Origin: Podarcis erhardii
Lineage: Eukaryota
Direction: 5' to 3' (one strand)
NCBI GenBank assembly: GCA_964252035.1
Contig: OZ176209.1
Length of the DNA stretch: 64,000 nt
The position numbers and the translations under genes are program-made. Positions 24,672-36,745 of this stretch are shown here, in pieces; the first letter of the stretch is position 1, and every line of letters starts with the position of its first letter. The notes beneath the pieces were generated by a model that worked only from the letters and a program-made list of their open reading frames with translations, was not told the DNA's origin and did not search any database.

Positions 24672-24745
24672 CGCTCGGGAGTTGGAGCTGGAGGACAGGC
24701 AAAGCCGACTACAGCAAGAACTTCGGGAGAGGATGGCAGTGGAAG
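24672..24745 (+). CDS. MICAL3: MICAL3 exon, (F)ARELELEDRQSRLQQELRERMAVE
   Basis: TTGCAG acceptor, AAG|GTAAGT donor, 74 nt, phase 2 to 1. Confidence 0.97.
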
Positions 24746-24838
24746 GTAAGTCTCATCGATGTACTCTGGTTCCCAGTAGAAAGCCCCAGCTACTTCCTTG
24801 GCTAGTTTGACAAGACTGCTTGTCCCTTTCTTTCCTAG

Positions 24839-25023
24839 ATCACCTAAAGACAGATGAAGAGTTGTCAGAAGAGAAAAGGATCCTGAATGAAATGCTAGAG
24901 GTGGTGGAACAGAGAGATTCTCTTGTGGCCCTCCTCGAAGAGCAGCGACTCCGGGAGAAGGAAGAAGACAAGGACCTAGAGGCAGTCATGCTGTCCAAGG
25001 GATTCAACTTAAACTGGTCCTGA
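24839..25023 (+). CDS. MICAL3: MICAL3 terminal coding exon, DHLKTDEELSEEKRILNEMLEVVEQRDSLVALLEEQRLREKEEDKDLEAVMLSKGFNLNWS*
   Basis: TTCCTAG acceptor after a 93-nt intron, TGA at 25021-25023. C-terminus matches MICAL3. Confidence 0.97.
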
Positions 25024-28000
25024 GCTTAGCAGCGCACTCGTCTGCCGATCTGTGTTGTCCAGTTGGCATGTGCCAAGTTGGCTGGAGCTGCCTGGATGGA
25101 GGAGATACCTTGGCATAGAAACCTCTTGAGGGTTCTTGCAGCGCCTGAGTGCTTCTTCCTGAGAGGGGGTTGGATCGAAAAGTGCTGAGGCCTGCAAACC
25201 CCAAGCCTGAGGTGGTCAGCTGAGGTTGTGTGCCTTCCTCAAGGACCTGTGCAAAGAGGCCATTGAGTTTTTGCGATCTCTGAGAGAGGCTAAAAAATGA
25301 GATGAAAACATTTTATAAAAAAAAAAAAATACACCACAACTTTAACCAATTCAGGTGGGCCGTAGCTTGTCCGTTTCATATTTACTTAGCTGGTTGTGTT
25401 CTTGTTTTTGTTTTGAAATACAAAGGCAAGAAGTGACTACTCTCTTCTGAAGCATCACCCTGCAGCAGCCCACGGGAGAGCAAACCACTCTACCCCAGAG
25501 CACACTGTGTGTATGTTTAAGGTTCTCCTCACCAAAGAAGCCTGAAGCTGCCATTATTGTCTGGGTATGGAGGAACCCTGAATTCAGAGAGGACTGGAGA
25601 CTTGGAAGGCTGGCTGACATGAAATACTTGCCCTGTGTGGTTTCTACAGAAGATACAGGCTCCAGTGGACTAGCTCTCTTTGCTGCAGCCTCCACAAGTT
25701 GCCATTGTTCTAAGAGGGGAAGCGTGTGTAATCCACCCCCTTTTTGCCATGCAGTGCTCTGGACTGAAAGTCACAGTTTTTCCTGTCTCCATTGACATTA
25801 GACTGCTCTGTTGTGAACCTTGTGACAATTTTGACACTGGAAAGTGCTGATTTTGAAAATGGGTTACTTATGAAGCAGTTTGCAGGAGCTCTTGGATGAA
25901 ACCTCTTGCTTCGAATCCCCCAAGAATGGACTCTCAATGGGTTTTTGTTTTTTTGCGTATATATCTATATCTATAGATATATATCTTTATTATTTTTTGC
26001 ACGTTGGAAATGAAGCAAAAGACCTACCCGGGCCCTTTAGTCACTTTAGACCCTTTAATGTCTATTAACTTATTTTTTAATACTTGAAAGATTTGGGTTT
26101 TATACCTTTTTAAGAAGTGAGCAAATGTTTGAGTGGTGAATCTGTGTGCCTGCAGCATTCCCCAACCTTTTTCTTTTGTTGTTCTTATTTTTAATTTGCT
26201 GTTCTCCCTTTCCCTGTACCTATTTATTAGAGTTCTATTAACACTGTTACAGTTACACGCTACTTTTGATGTGGAGAGGAGATGCTTTTATGTACTTTGG
26301 ACTTTTCCCTGCACCACGTTGAGGGGCAACCCTAGGAAATATGCAGGCAGGGTTCCCAGGTAGGGTGTCTTCTCAATTAAGCTGCATCCTCACAAAGAGA
26401 GCTCACAAAGCTGAGTGGTGATGGCAGACTTTGCTCCTGCACTCCATATCCTCTGTTCCTGAATGGCAAACCTGTGCTTATTTTAACTACTGCTGTTTAA
26501 GGGTTTTGTAATTTAAAAAACCCCACACATGCTGGCTCTGTAAAAATCTGCCTCCCAAGGGAAGGATTAGCACAAGCCCCCTGGTTTTGTCCTAGGCCTT
26601 CATTCAGTTGGCTCAGAAAAAGGTCTTACAGTGCAGTAGCAAATAGGAAATAACACAGAATAGACTCTTGTCTATAACCAGCTGAGAGGTTCCATAAGCA
26701 CACCATGTCTTTCACAATAACTTTCTCAAAAGTGCCGACCTGCCACATACAGAATTTTCCATTCACATTTTTTAGCTCCAGTTGGGCTGTTTAAAGAAAG
26801 AAAGCTGTAGTTCTAGTCTCCAAACAAAGTGCAGACTATTTTTTTAATTAACCTTTTTTTTAGGGAAGCAGTCATCCCAAGAAATAGGCATGTCCTTTAA
26901 AGCAGCCACCATCTTATCTCTAGGTTTCAAAACAGGAAATGCTGTGTTTTCAAAACAGGAAAGACTAGAGAGAAAAAATGGGGAAAGGTTTTAAAACACC
27001 CATCCACTTCCTTGTTCAATAAAATGTCAGTACTGGTGACGCTGAACAGAAAGCTGTTGAAACAACAGCATGTGTTGAAATGTAGTGTCAGAAGATTTTA
27101 TGCCAAAGGGGTACCATGCCTGGCATTTGTTGAATATTAAGATATTGAAAGATTGTGATGCTACACTGGCAGAATTCATACCACATATAGTCCCAGAACA
27201 AGCAGGACTTGTGTGTTCATGAGACTTGGGGGGGGGGTGTTCACTAGGACTGGTGTTTATTTGTAGCTTTCGAAACGGAGCGGACTAATCTCTGGTTTTT
27301 CTAATATTACTGGACTACAATTCTCATAATCCCTGACTACTGAACATGCTGGATGGGGCTGATGGGAGTCCAATGGGAGTAAAAGGTTAGCCACCCCTAA
27401 TTGAGGAAGAAAAAGAACATATAACTTCAGTTGTCTCAGACAGCATCTTTGACATCCATAGAGACCAACAGGGGAGTGTATGGCAAAATGGAAGTTAAGC
27501 TCTCCTTCGTTTAGGATGGAGCTAGAATTCAGTTGTTAAAATTTGGTGTCTAGCCACATGAAAGAGGCAAATCGGAATTTGCATTAACTATTTCTGCTGT
27601 GCCTGGTGCAATTTATAATGGAACTGAGAAAATGGATTGTTCTGTAAAGTGGTCGTAATTGAACTCACTTCTATCTGTTCATTGAATTTTTCACTGTAGG
27701 AAAATGTTGACACGCTAAGCTTCTTCCTAAGCTGCCTATAGCTGCATGTGGAATGAGAGTAGAACAGTCTGTCTGAGAAAGTGGAAGGGAAAGTCCTTTC
27801 CAGCTCCAGTGCAGCTGTGTAGCTCTGCCTCTAGTTAGCCCAGACTTCTTTTGGGCAGCTAAGACTCCTTTGCAGAGAGAGGAGAGGGGTTTTAGAGCCC
27901 ATGACAGCACCAGCAGCATTAATCATATTTCCTCTTCCACTCTTAACATTTCCTGTAATATGTTGTGTTGATTGTGCTCGATCCTGCTGTCAGTCAAGAG

Positions 28001-28880
28001 GTTTCTTTAAATGCAGTGTCTGGCCCTCCTTTTATGACACGGTGCTAATGCAGAAGTAACAAGCACACCTGCTGCATCATCTGGGTTTTTAATCTGTTTT
28101 TTAAAATACATCCAGGTCAAAGGCGTTTTAGAGCATCAACAAATATATCCAGAGTTGCATGACCCAGTAGCACAAATTCTTTTTATGGCAAAAAAAAAAA
28201 AAAAAAGTTGATTCCCTCCCCACAAGGTTTTAAGAAAATGTATTTAACAGAATGTTTACATTTGGGCCCTGAGACGAAAGTGGTGTATTAGTTTTCCAAC
28301 CTCATGTTTAAAAAAGAAAATGCTGTGATTGTTTGCAATAAAAATGTACCACGCAACAGTCTGTTTGATATGAAGAGGTAGAGGAGGGTATTCTCAGTGC
28401 ATGATAAGAGGACAGAAGGCTTCCAAAGAATTGCTGCCTTCAAGAGCACGAGCAGTGGAGCTTCATAAGCAAGTAAGGTAGATGAGACTGTCACTAAAGC
28501 TATAGGAGGAAGGGATGTCATGTTTTGATGGCATTGCAGTAATTTAATTTTATACGTATATATATATATATAAAGAAGTACGTATGTGAAACAACCCTGT
28601 CCCAAGGAACTGTGGTATCTTCCCCTTGGGACAGGTGGGAACTCTGATATTCAGACTGTTTTATTGTTGGCGTGTGTGCAGTGTAACAGGAAATTGTGTA
28701 CCGTACCTGTTTTCATGTCTAAAACATCCCAACCCCTGTTTTACTTCCTATTTTTGGTTGCATTTCATTCTGTACGTTCTTATGCACACTTGCTTTGTTG
28801 GTGTTGAGAGTTTAGCACCTCAGGTCACCAACGTAACTAAAAAAAAATTAAAAAAAATAAAGTCATTAATTTTTTCTTAC
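25024..28880 (+). other. MICAL3: Probable MICAL3 3'UTR
   Basis: Follows the stop codon, U-rich and largely transposon-poor. AATAAA at 27018, 28337 and 28856. The end point is inferred. Confidence 0.6.
28856..28861 (+). terminator. Probable distal MICAL3 polyadenylation signal (AATAAA)
   Basis: Canonical hexamer with TGTA motifs upstream and U-rich sequence downstream. Confidence 0.55.
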
Positions 28881-30179
28881 TTCATTGGAACTTGATTTTG
28901 CTTCACGGTTCACGGTTCATGCCAACAGCAAATTGTTGGCGGCCCTATTCTGCACCGTTTCCAGTTCTACACTATTCTTTTTGAGATATACTAACCAGAG
29001 CAGTAAACACAGTTGTGTACAATGCTGCCATTTTGCTCCTGCAAGTCTTACACTTGTGCAACAGAACTTCCCCTTCTTCTCTCCCCTTAAAAATCTGTTC
29101 TAGGGGGTTGGCGGACCATCTGGAACAGTTTTCATTTAGGGGGGGCAGGGATAGGAGAGGAATTAGAAGTCCTATTGCATGAGCAGAATGTCAATAGCAC
29201 CACTATAGCACAAACCCAGTATTACAAGTTTGAGAGCACCATAGACTTTTTATAAAGACACTATACCATATTGGCAATTTTATTTTCTATTGCTTTCCTA
29301 ATTATCCACCACAACTCGTATGATGTGTTTCCAGTGTTTCATTGGTGGCTTAAGTTCTATAACATGGTGGACGTGTCATTTATATATATAATACCCCAAA
29401 GCAAAAGAGGATGTATCTCAAGATGCTGAAACATTTGATTTTGTTTTCAGAGCAGCCTGACATGCTATGGCCAATTTTTTACTTAAAAGCTGCCTTCGGA
29501 GCATATCAAAACAAATATAATAAATCATGTAAATAGCATATACACGCAACTCCTGCTTAACCATCACAATGTGTCCCCTGGAAGTTGTTCACATAATGAA
29601 CCCACAATTTCCATTATTTCTTATGGGAACACTTCTAATGCAGGGTTTGCTATGTCTCTCCTCAACCCCACCCCTCTCTGTCCATGGTTTCTTACTGAAA
29701 TCACTACAGCCAATCAGCAAAAGAGAGACAAAGTAAAAACAAAAACAACGCAATCTGATTTGTCTGATTCCCCCTCCCCGCTCTCTGATTTGTCAACTAT
29801 CACTCCCCTCTTCCATAGTTGCTGCCTGAAAATGGCCACCACTGACCAGCACAGCAGAAACAACCAAGAAAGTAAGAAAGCCGGGTATTCGGATATGTGA
29901 ATCTGCAGAGCCAGGGCTTTTTTTCAGACAAAACTCTCCGGAACTCAGTTTCCAGCACCTCAGTTGTGGAACCTACCCTTGGAATCCCCTCCGCTTGAAT
30001 ACTGAAGTCCTTGCTCTTCCAACAAGCCTTTTAAGTTGAGATCTTTCACTGTCTGCATCTGTACTGGAATGGGCTGTAGGATGTTTTTATGGCTTTATCG
30101 CTTGTTTTTCATTCCCTGGTCTCCTCTGTGAGGAAGCACAGAGTAACTATTTAATAAATAAAATTAAAACATTGGCATA

Positions 30180-30183
<4 letters not shown>

Positions 30184-30210
<27 letters not shown>
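30184..30210. repeat. (TA)n microsatellite
   Basis: About 13 TA units flanked by TGCA. Confidence 0.95.
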
Positions 30211-30213
<3 letters not shown>

Positions 30214-31895
30214 TGCATTTATATACTGCCAGTTCAGGCAATATGACATGGCACTAAGTATTGAAGGATACCCAAGTTCAGATTCGTAGATAGCCCTGAT
30301 GCTTCCTGGGTGACCTTGAGACACAGCCAAGTCTCTCTTGGCCTAACCTATGTGGCAGGGCAGTTGTGAGTACTGTTATCAGATTGGAGTTGGAGTGAAG
30401 CATACATACATTGTTCATAACTTCGCAGTTCAGACATGCTAAAAACAGCTGTCAGTTTCACTTTCTATTGCTAGGAAAGAGGAAGTTCAGAAGACAGTGT
30501 TGCGAAGATTTTGAAATGTATGAATCTGCAGTTCGAGTCTAAGCCTCATTCTCACCCCACCCCTTTCTATTTCAAGCAAATGAACCCTTTGAACTACATG
30601 CTGATAAAACCGGCACAGTCCCTTGTCTTAAAGTTGCTATGTTACAGTGTACAAAGAAGCATTCCTAAGAAGGAGCAGTTTTTATATTTTTATCATGATT
30701 TATTAAACTACGGGGTATATTTGAAAGACCTACTTTTTCTCCTTAGCAGAGATAAGAGACCATTAGGGCAACTGCTTTGAATGCCAGATCTAGAACCTGC
30801 CTAAAAGGACTCACCCCCCCCCGATCCTTTTATAATTACATATGCAGTATCGGGATGCTTTCAGATGGGGGCTTAATACTGCAAATTGTTCATTTAGATA
30901 TCATAAATAAGTTGCTAGCAGCAGCGTTGTTGTTTTTTAACTTACCAGATTCCCCCATTCCCACCCTGGGAAGAGTAAATTCAGATTAAATGTGGGGGTG
31001 GGGACTACAGGCTGTCATTTTGATGGCAGGTAGGCACTGCAAAAAACTTTCTATGTCACTTTATTAGTTCTTCAGAAAAGGGGCTTCCTTTGATAAAAGC
31101 AGAAAGACAAGCAGAAACCTATTACATGTATCGGTAAGCAGAACTCTTTTCCTGCTCGTTTTCTGTCCCTTTGTTACCTTAGGGGCCTTCTTGCACACTT
31201 TGACAACTGTGACTTTAGAGAAGAGGTGGCAACTCTCTCTCCCCACCTCTCCAGAGGCACACAGCCATTGATAGCACCTTTGCTTTTTCATGTGCAGCAG
31301 TCTTGGGAACACAGCATAACAATTGCATGCTCCTGCAGCACCACAAGACATAGTATGAGTCAGTGAGGAAAGCACCTCATCGCATTACTTTTTAAAGACG
31401 TTTCATTCTTTCAGTGGGGCAGAAACAGAGGATTCCCCCAGTGTCCCAGCTCACCTGTTCAGCAGGGGAATTCCCAAATTCTTCCCCACTGAGCCCACAC
31501 CTGCCTGTCTTCAGGAAGGGGAAACGGCATTGGCTAAAACAGCTGAGCCCACAGCCAATGCACCCATTATAAGGAAGCACCAGACTCTCACTCTGCATGT
31601 GTTCTCTAGAGAACATCTGCAGGGCTGCTTCATTTCCTTAGCATTCACATGAACAGAGAGCAGGTCTAACTTAACTCCCGTGTAAGTCTGCACAGGGTTG
31701 CAAACTGAACAAGCCAGCAAGTCAAATCTCTTATCTGCCATCAACTCAACAGGTTAAGCAATCTGCTTCTTCTCAGCCTCACAACGTATTTTGGTATTTT
31801 CCATCTACAATACCCAACTGGAGAGGCATTTAAATCCTAGCTCCACATTGGTGATGCCAGTGTTGCCACTGTCATCTGAGAGCAGGAGGCTAGCT

Positions 31896-32123
31896 GAAGA
31901 AGAAGAGGAGGAGTTTGGACTTGATATCCTGCCTTTCACTCACCTTAAGGAGTCTCAAAGCAAAGGAGTCTCCTTTCCCTTTCTCCCACACAACAAACAC
32001 TCTGTGAGGTGAGTGGGGATGAGAGACTTCAGAGAAGTGTGACTAGCCCAAAGTCACCCAGCAGCTGCATGTGGAGGAGCGAGGAAGCGAACCCGGTTCA
32101 CCAGATTATGAGTCCACCACTCT
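31896..32123 (-). mobile_element. Squam3-like tRNA SINE with (TTC)n tail, 5' end clipped
   Basis: The reverse complement reads GTGGACTCATAATCTGGTGAACCGGGTTCGC...GGGTGACTTTGGGCTAGTCAC...CAAACTCCTCCTCTTCTTC. Confidence 0.75.
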
Positions 32124-32149
32124 GAGGATGCACAGGCAGATTTCACATA

Positions 32150-33127
32150 CAGTGGTACCTCGGGTTACATATGCTTCAGGTTACATAGGCTTCAGGTTAC
32201 ACACTCCACTAACCGAGGAAAAGTGCTTCAGGTTAAGAACTTTGTTTCAGGATAAGATGGTACATGACCCCAGTTAAACTTGCCAAGATATACCATTTGT
32301 CTGATAATAAATGTTGGAAATGTAAAGAAAATGAAGGAACATTCTTTCACCTCTGGTGGACTTGCCCTAGGGTGAAGGCCTTCTGGGAAATGATATATAA
32401 TGAGCTGAAAAAGGTATTTAAGTATACCTTTACCAAGAAACCAGAGGCCTTCCTTCTGGGCATTGTCGGCCAGAAGGTGTTAAAGAAGGACCGAACATTT
32501 TTCATGTATGCAACAACGGCAGCAAGGATACTCATCGCTAAGAATTGGAAAACTCAAGAACTACCCACACTGGAAGAGTGGCAGATGCAACTGATGGACT
32601 ATATGGAACTAGCAGAGATGACTGGCAGAATCCGAGACCTGGGAGAGGAGAGGGTTGAAGAAGATTGGAAGAAATTCAAGATTTATTTAAAAAAACACTG
32701 TAATTTGGTTGAATGTTAAGAAAGGATGCTAGATCATAAATAATTGTGCACCACTAAATTAGAAAGAATTAAGATGATAAGTAAATTTGAGAAAAAATTA
32801 TAAACCTTTTGGAGAATATTTAAATGAATTTGACACAAGAGTGTAAACAAGATGATAAATTGCTGGCAAGAATTGACATTGATGCAAATGGGAGCGGGAG
32901 GCGTGAGGGAGTCCAAGGATGTTATGAAAAGATGTTATGATATTTGTTATATTGTTCTTTATTTTTGCATTTATGTTTAAAAACCCAAATAAAATATATA
33001 TATTTTTAAAAAAAGAACAGAAATTAGGCTCTGGCAGTGCAGCGGCAGCCCCCGTTAGCTAAAGTAGCGTTTCAGGTTAAGAACGGACCTCTGGAACGAA
33101 TTAAGTACTTAACCCGAGGTACCACTG
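32150..33127. mobile_element. Tigger-like MITE, family A, interrupted by an L1 fragment
   Basis: TA-flanked TIRs CAGTGGTACCTCGGGTTA / TAACCCGAGGTACCACTG. The halves 32150-32257 and 33013-33127 rejoin to the intact family sequence. Confidence 0.9.
32258..33012 (+). mobile_element. 5'-truncated L1: ORF2 C-terminus with zinc knuckle, 3'UTR and poly(A)
   Basis: Open frame to 32719 containing C-x2-C-x8-H-x4-C (CWKCKENEGTFFHLWWTC), AATAAA at 32988-32993, short A tail, AAGA duplicated at both junctions. Confidence 0.92.
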
Positions 33128-33387
33128 TACACTCTTTCCTTCCCTACCACTTCCTGCCTCCAAAACACCGGCTGCCTCATCTTTTTGCAGATTAGCATTC
33201 CCACCTTGCTTGCCTGCTGCAATGATTCTGGGCAGTTTCATTGCAGTTTTTAGAACTGTTTTCAAAGTAAGTTTCCAGAGCAGATAGCGTTAAAGTATAA
33301 GGCATGGCAGGCCAACTTTGGGCATTTTTAAAGTAACTTGCTGCTACTTCGAAGTCTGTGGGTGACAGCTGTTGCATTAGAAGAGTT

Positions 33388-33389
<2 letters not shown>

Positions 33390-33429
<40 letters not shown>
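33390..33429. repeat. (TTA)n microsatellite
   Basis: About 13 tandem TTA units. Confidence 0.95.
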
Positions 33430-33430
<1 letters not shown>

Positions 33431-33669
33431 GTCACACCTTGGAGGGAATCCCTCTTCCGATATATTGCTTTTTGTGAACATTCGTTTATTTTCAAAGTAT
33501 TTATTTATGCCATTTTTATTCTGTCCATCAACCAAGTCCTTCAGGCAGTTTATAAAACTTATAAATCAATAAAATGCAATCCACTGAGAAAAAGGGGGGA
33601 AGTTCACCCCACCCACCCCATCATTAGCCATTTACTTCCTGTGCCCCCTCCAAGAAGCGGAAGATGGTA

Positions 33670-33957
33670 TATGTGAGTCTCCTCCCCATTTTATCCTCAC
33701 AACAGCCCTGTAAGATAGGTTAGGCTGAAAGATGGCATCTGGCCCAAACTCTTCCAGTTGGCTTCATGGCTTAGTGGGGATTTTTAACCTGGGTCTCCTT
33801 AGGCCTAGACTTCCCCATGTCTTGGTGCCCACTGGATGTTGCTGGACTATAGCTCCCATTCTCCTTGACCACTGGCCATGTTGGTTGCAGAGTCCAAAAC
33901 TTTTGGATAGCGTCAAGTTCAGGAAGGCTGCTCTAACCATTACACCACACTGGCCAT
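33670..33957 (-). mobile_element. Squam3/MIR-like SINE with an inserted hAT-MITE fragment (about 33815-33890)
   Basis: CCCCATTTTATCCTCACAACAGCCCTG core and CTCTAACCATTACACCACACTGGC end. GATGTTGCTGGACTATAGCTCCCAT in between belongs to the MITE family. Confidence 0.6.
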
Positions 33958-34553
33958 AACTGCGAGTGTGACCCCTAAAAACGGGTATTCTGGCCCACCT
34001 CACCATTATTGAAATCAACTATGCAAACTGATGCAGAATTATCTGATTAATCATATGTTTGGTCATATATTAAAAATTTTTTATACAGCTATGTCATTTA
34101 AAAATATAACAAGGCAGTTTACAACAATAAAGCATAAAAACCGTAAGGAAGTTAAAAGCAGACGTCAGTTAAGCACTGTGGAAGGACGGGTTCTGAATTG
34201 AATGCCGAGGCCTGGCGGAGCAGGAAAGTTTTCAGCAGGCATTTAAAACTTGGCCCAGAAGTTCAAAGCTGCCGCGATCAGAAGGGGGCCGTCAAGCGCG
34301 CCATAGCCGGAAAAACCCGGCGCATTGGACGGGACGCGGCGGGCAAATCGCTTCTTGGAAAGCTTGTTCTGGACGTGGCTGAATCAGAACTGTGTAATCC
34401 CCGTCGCCGCCCCGCTCCCAGCATTTCTTCCCCAGACCAAGGTACAACTCGTGGGCAAGGCCAGCTCGCGAAAGGGGCCCGTGTCGCTTTAAAAAGCGGG
34501 ATTTGGAGGGGAGGAGCGCCCCACGAAAAGCGGCGCGAGGAGGAAGTGAAGTC

Positions 34554-34674
34554 AGTCTCGCGGTGGCGAATCCGCGGCTCGGAGCGGAGCGGACGAAAAA
34601 AGAAAGAGAGCGAGCGAGCGAGCGAGCAGGCGGCGGGGCTGCGGGACCTGAGCTGGGCAGAGCCGCTGTGCATG
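34554..34674 (+). other. BID: Probable BID exon 1 (5'UTR), ending in ATG at a consensus donor
   Basis: ATG|GTGAGT donor about 120 nt downstream of the Inr-like element inside the CpG island. The start site is inferred. Confidence 0.6.
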
Positions 34675-35050
34675 GTGAGTGGCTTCGGAGAAGCGGGGTT
34701 TCCCGCCTCTCCCGCGCCCCGCTGGGGAGAGCCCCTCTTTCCCCGACGCGCGCGCGAGGGTGTGGTCGCCATGGGGGGCTTTGCTGGCGGCCGGTTGGCG
34801 GCGCCCCCTCCCTCCCTCACCCCCCACCCCTCGCCGAAAAATCTCCGGCCTGAAAAGAGAGTCAAAAATGCTGGGGAATGTTGAGAAGGCACTGACTGGA
34901 ATCCTCCTCCTCCTCCTCCTCCTCCTCCCCGCGCTTCCTTCACTAGTTCAGCCACAGGCGAGACCCGCTTGCTTGATGTTCTGGAGGCGCCTCCTCGTGG
35001 CTTTCCCCCCTCTCTGTGGGCGCAACCCAATTCTGTGGCAGTAGCATATA

Positions 35051-35276
35051 CAGTGGTACCTCGGGTTAAGTACTTAATTCGTTCCGGAGGTCCGTTCTTA
35101 ACCTGAAACTGTTCTTAACCTGAAGCACCACTTTAGCTAATGGGGCCTCCTGCTGCCGCCGCGCCGCCGGAGCCCGATTTCTGTTCTCATCCTGAAGCAA
35201 AGTTCTTAACCTGAAGCACTATTTCTGGGTTAGCGGAGTCTGTAACCTGAAGCGTATGTAACCCGAGGTACCACTG
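35051..35276. mobile_element. Tigger-like MITE, family A, intact, inside the BID CpG island
   Basis: Perfect 18-bp TIRs, TA on both sides, 226 bp. Confidence 0.95.
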
Positions 35277-36520
35277 TAGTTGCTCCAAATGTTGCTCTTC
35301 GTTTTCAAGAGCCGTGGCAAGACTATTAGCCCGCAGCTACGCTTGGAAAGTCTTGCCGAAGGGAACGCGCCGTTTTCTTAAAGCATTCGCTCCTTGTCGG
35401 GTCTTCCCTTCCTGAGGGCTTTTGTGTGCGCGCTTTTGAGGGAGACTTCTCGAAGAGCCATGAAAAGACAGAGGAGAGCCGATTAATTCGGTTTATTATT
35501 CTGTTTTTAGCATTGGGTGGGCGCGGTTGCTCTTGCTGGGTTTCCCGCCTCGTGTTTTGTTGCGCGGTTTTCCTATTTTTTTCTCCCATTTGGAGGTATT
35601 TGCAGGACACGCGCACGTCCCAGGCAGACGTTGCCCCCAAAATTCCCCCCGGGGGGTGTCCGGAAATAACCGTGGTTGTGATGGTGGTCAGGGGTAGGGC
35701 AGGCCTGGGGCGCCTTGTCGGCTCCTTGACTGGGCAGGCCGAGCTGGGGGAACAAGAGGCCTCTTTGGCTGCTTGAGAGATGCCCACAGTGGCATGTTCA
35801 GCCAGGACCTTGGGCTTTGGGGGCTCCCTTCGCGGGGCAAGGCTCCCTGCTGCCAGTACCCCTCTCCCTGCAAGCAAGCATGGATGGAGCAGGAAAGTCA
35901 GCAGCCAGGAGATGCAGAAACAGCAGCTGCCGCAACTTGTTTACTTTCCTTGGTTGGGTCCAGAGGGAGAACCCTGTTATGGCTGTGGTGCCCTGGCTGC
36001 ATTTGCCAGATGCAGTCAGGATGTACTGCAGGTCCTGTAGATCTGGGGTCCCCAGTCTTTCTAGCCCAAAAGCACTTTTGGAAATCTAAGAAACAGACAT
36101 GAACATGAAAAAATACCCGTTTCACATAAGCTGCCAATGCTCAGATCTCTCCCAAAACAGGCAAAAACATTTGCACTGCCTCAAAATAAATACAACTGCC
36201 CCCTTTAATATGTATTTATATATAAAATTGGGAGTTGCAGGGGGCTGTGGCAAGTGCTATCAGGGGTGTCTGAGGTATTTTTGGTGCACATGGGAAACCC
36301 AGCTCTAGACATCGTTGAACTGTATTTTTTTTACAATAATTCGTTTCCAAATCCAAAATACACCTCATTATATCTATATCAAATCACAATACCAAATCAA
36401 ATATCCAATTGTATAATTTTGGTCATCGTCCCCCCCGCATGCTATAATTACAGGTTTATTTTTTAAAAAAATTATGCTTCCAAAGTCTTATTTAATCCAG
36501 TTGTATTCCAGTCGTAATTA

Positions 36521-36745
36521 CAGTGGTACCTCGGGTTAAGTACTTAATTCATTCCGGCGGTCCGTTCTTAACCTGAAACTGTTCTTAACCTGAAGACCAC
36601 TTTAGCTAATGGGACCTCCTGTTGCCACCACGCTGCTGGAGCATGATTTCTGTTCTCATCCTGAAGCAAAGTTCTTAACCCGAGGTACTATTTCTGGGTT
36701 AGCGGAGTCTGTAACCTGAAGCGTATGTAACCCGAGGTACCATTG
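36521..36745. mobile_element. Tigger-like MITE, family A
   Basis: TA-flanked, TIRs with one mismatch, highly similar to the 35051 copy, same orientation. Confidence 0.95.

Larger units (their letters stand above)
34180..35840. promoter_or_regulatory. BID: CpG island / TATA-less promoter of BID
   Basis: Abrupt rise in GC and CpG density in otherwise CpG-depleted DNA. ETS-type GGAAGT at 34542-34547 and Inr-like TCAGTCT at 34552-34558. Lies 5' of the BID coding exons. Confidence 0.85.

Noticed and set aside
25021-25029. Stop-codon readthrough at MICAL3 (also checked BID and BCL2L13)
   Set aside because: Contexts are TGA-GCT, TGA-ATG and TAG-TGA. None matches the TGA-CTAG readthrough motif, and second stops follow closely for MICAL3 and BCL2L13.
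29700-29800. Cluster of CCAAT/CTGATT-like motifs in the intergenic region
   Set aside because: Short motifs with no CpG island or downstream exon. Cannot be distinguished from chance.
34198-35030. Long ORFs of 228 aa (+) and 250 aa (-) over the CpG island
   Set aside because: Arg/Gly/Ala/Pro-rich with no recognisable domain. Stop codons are rare in GC-rich DNA, and several frames are open at once.
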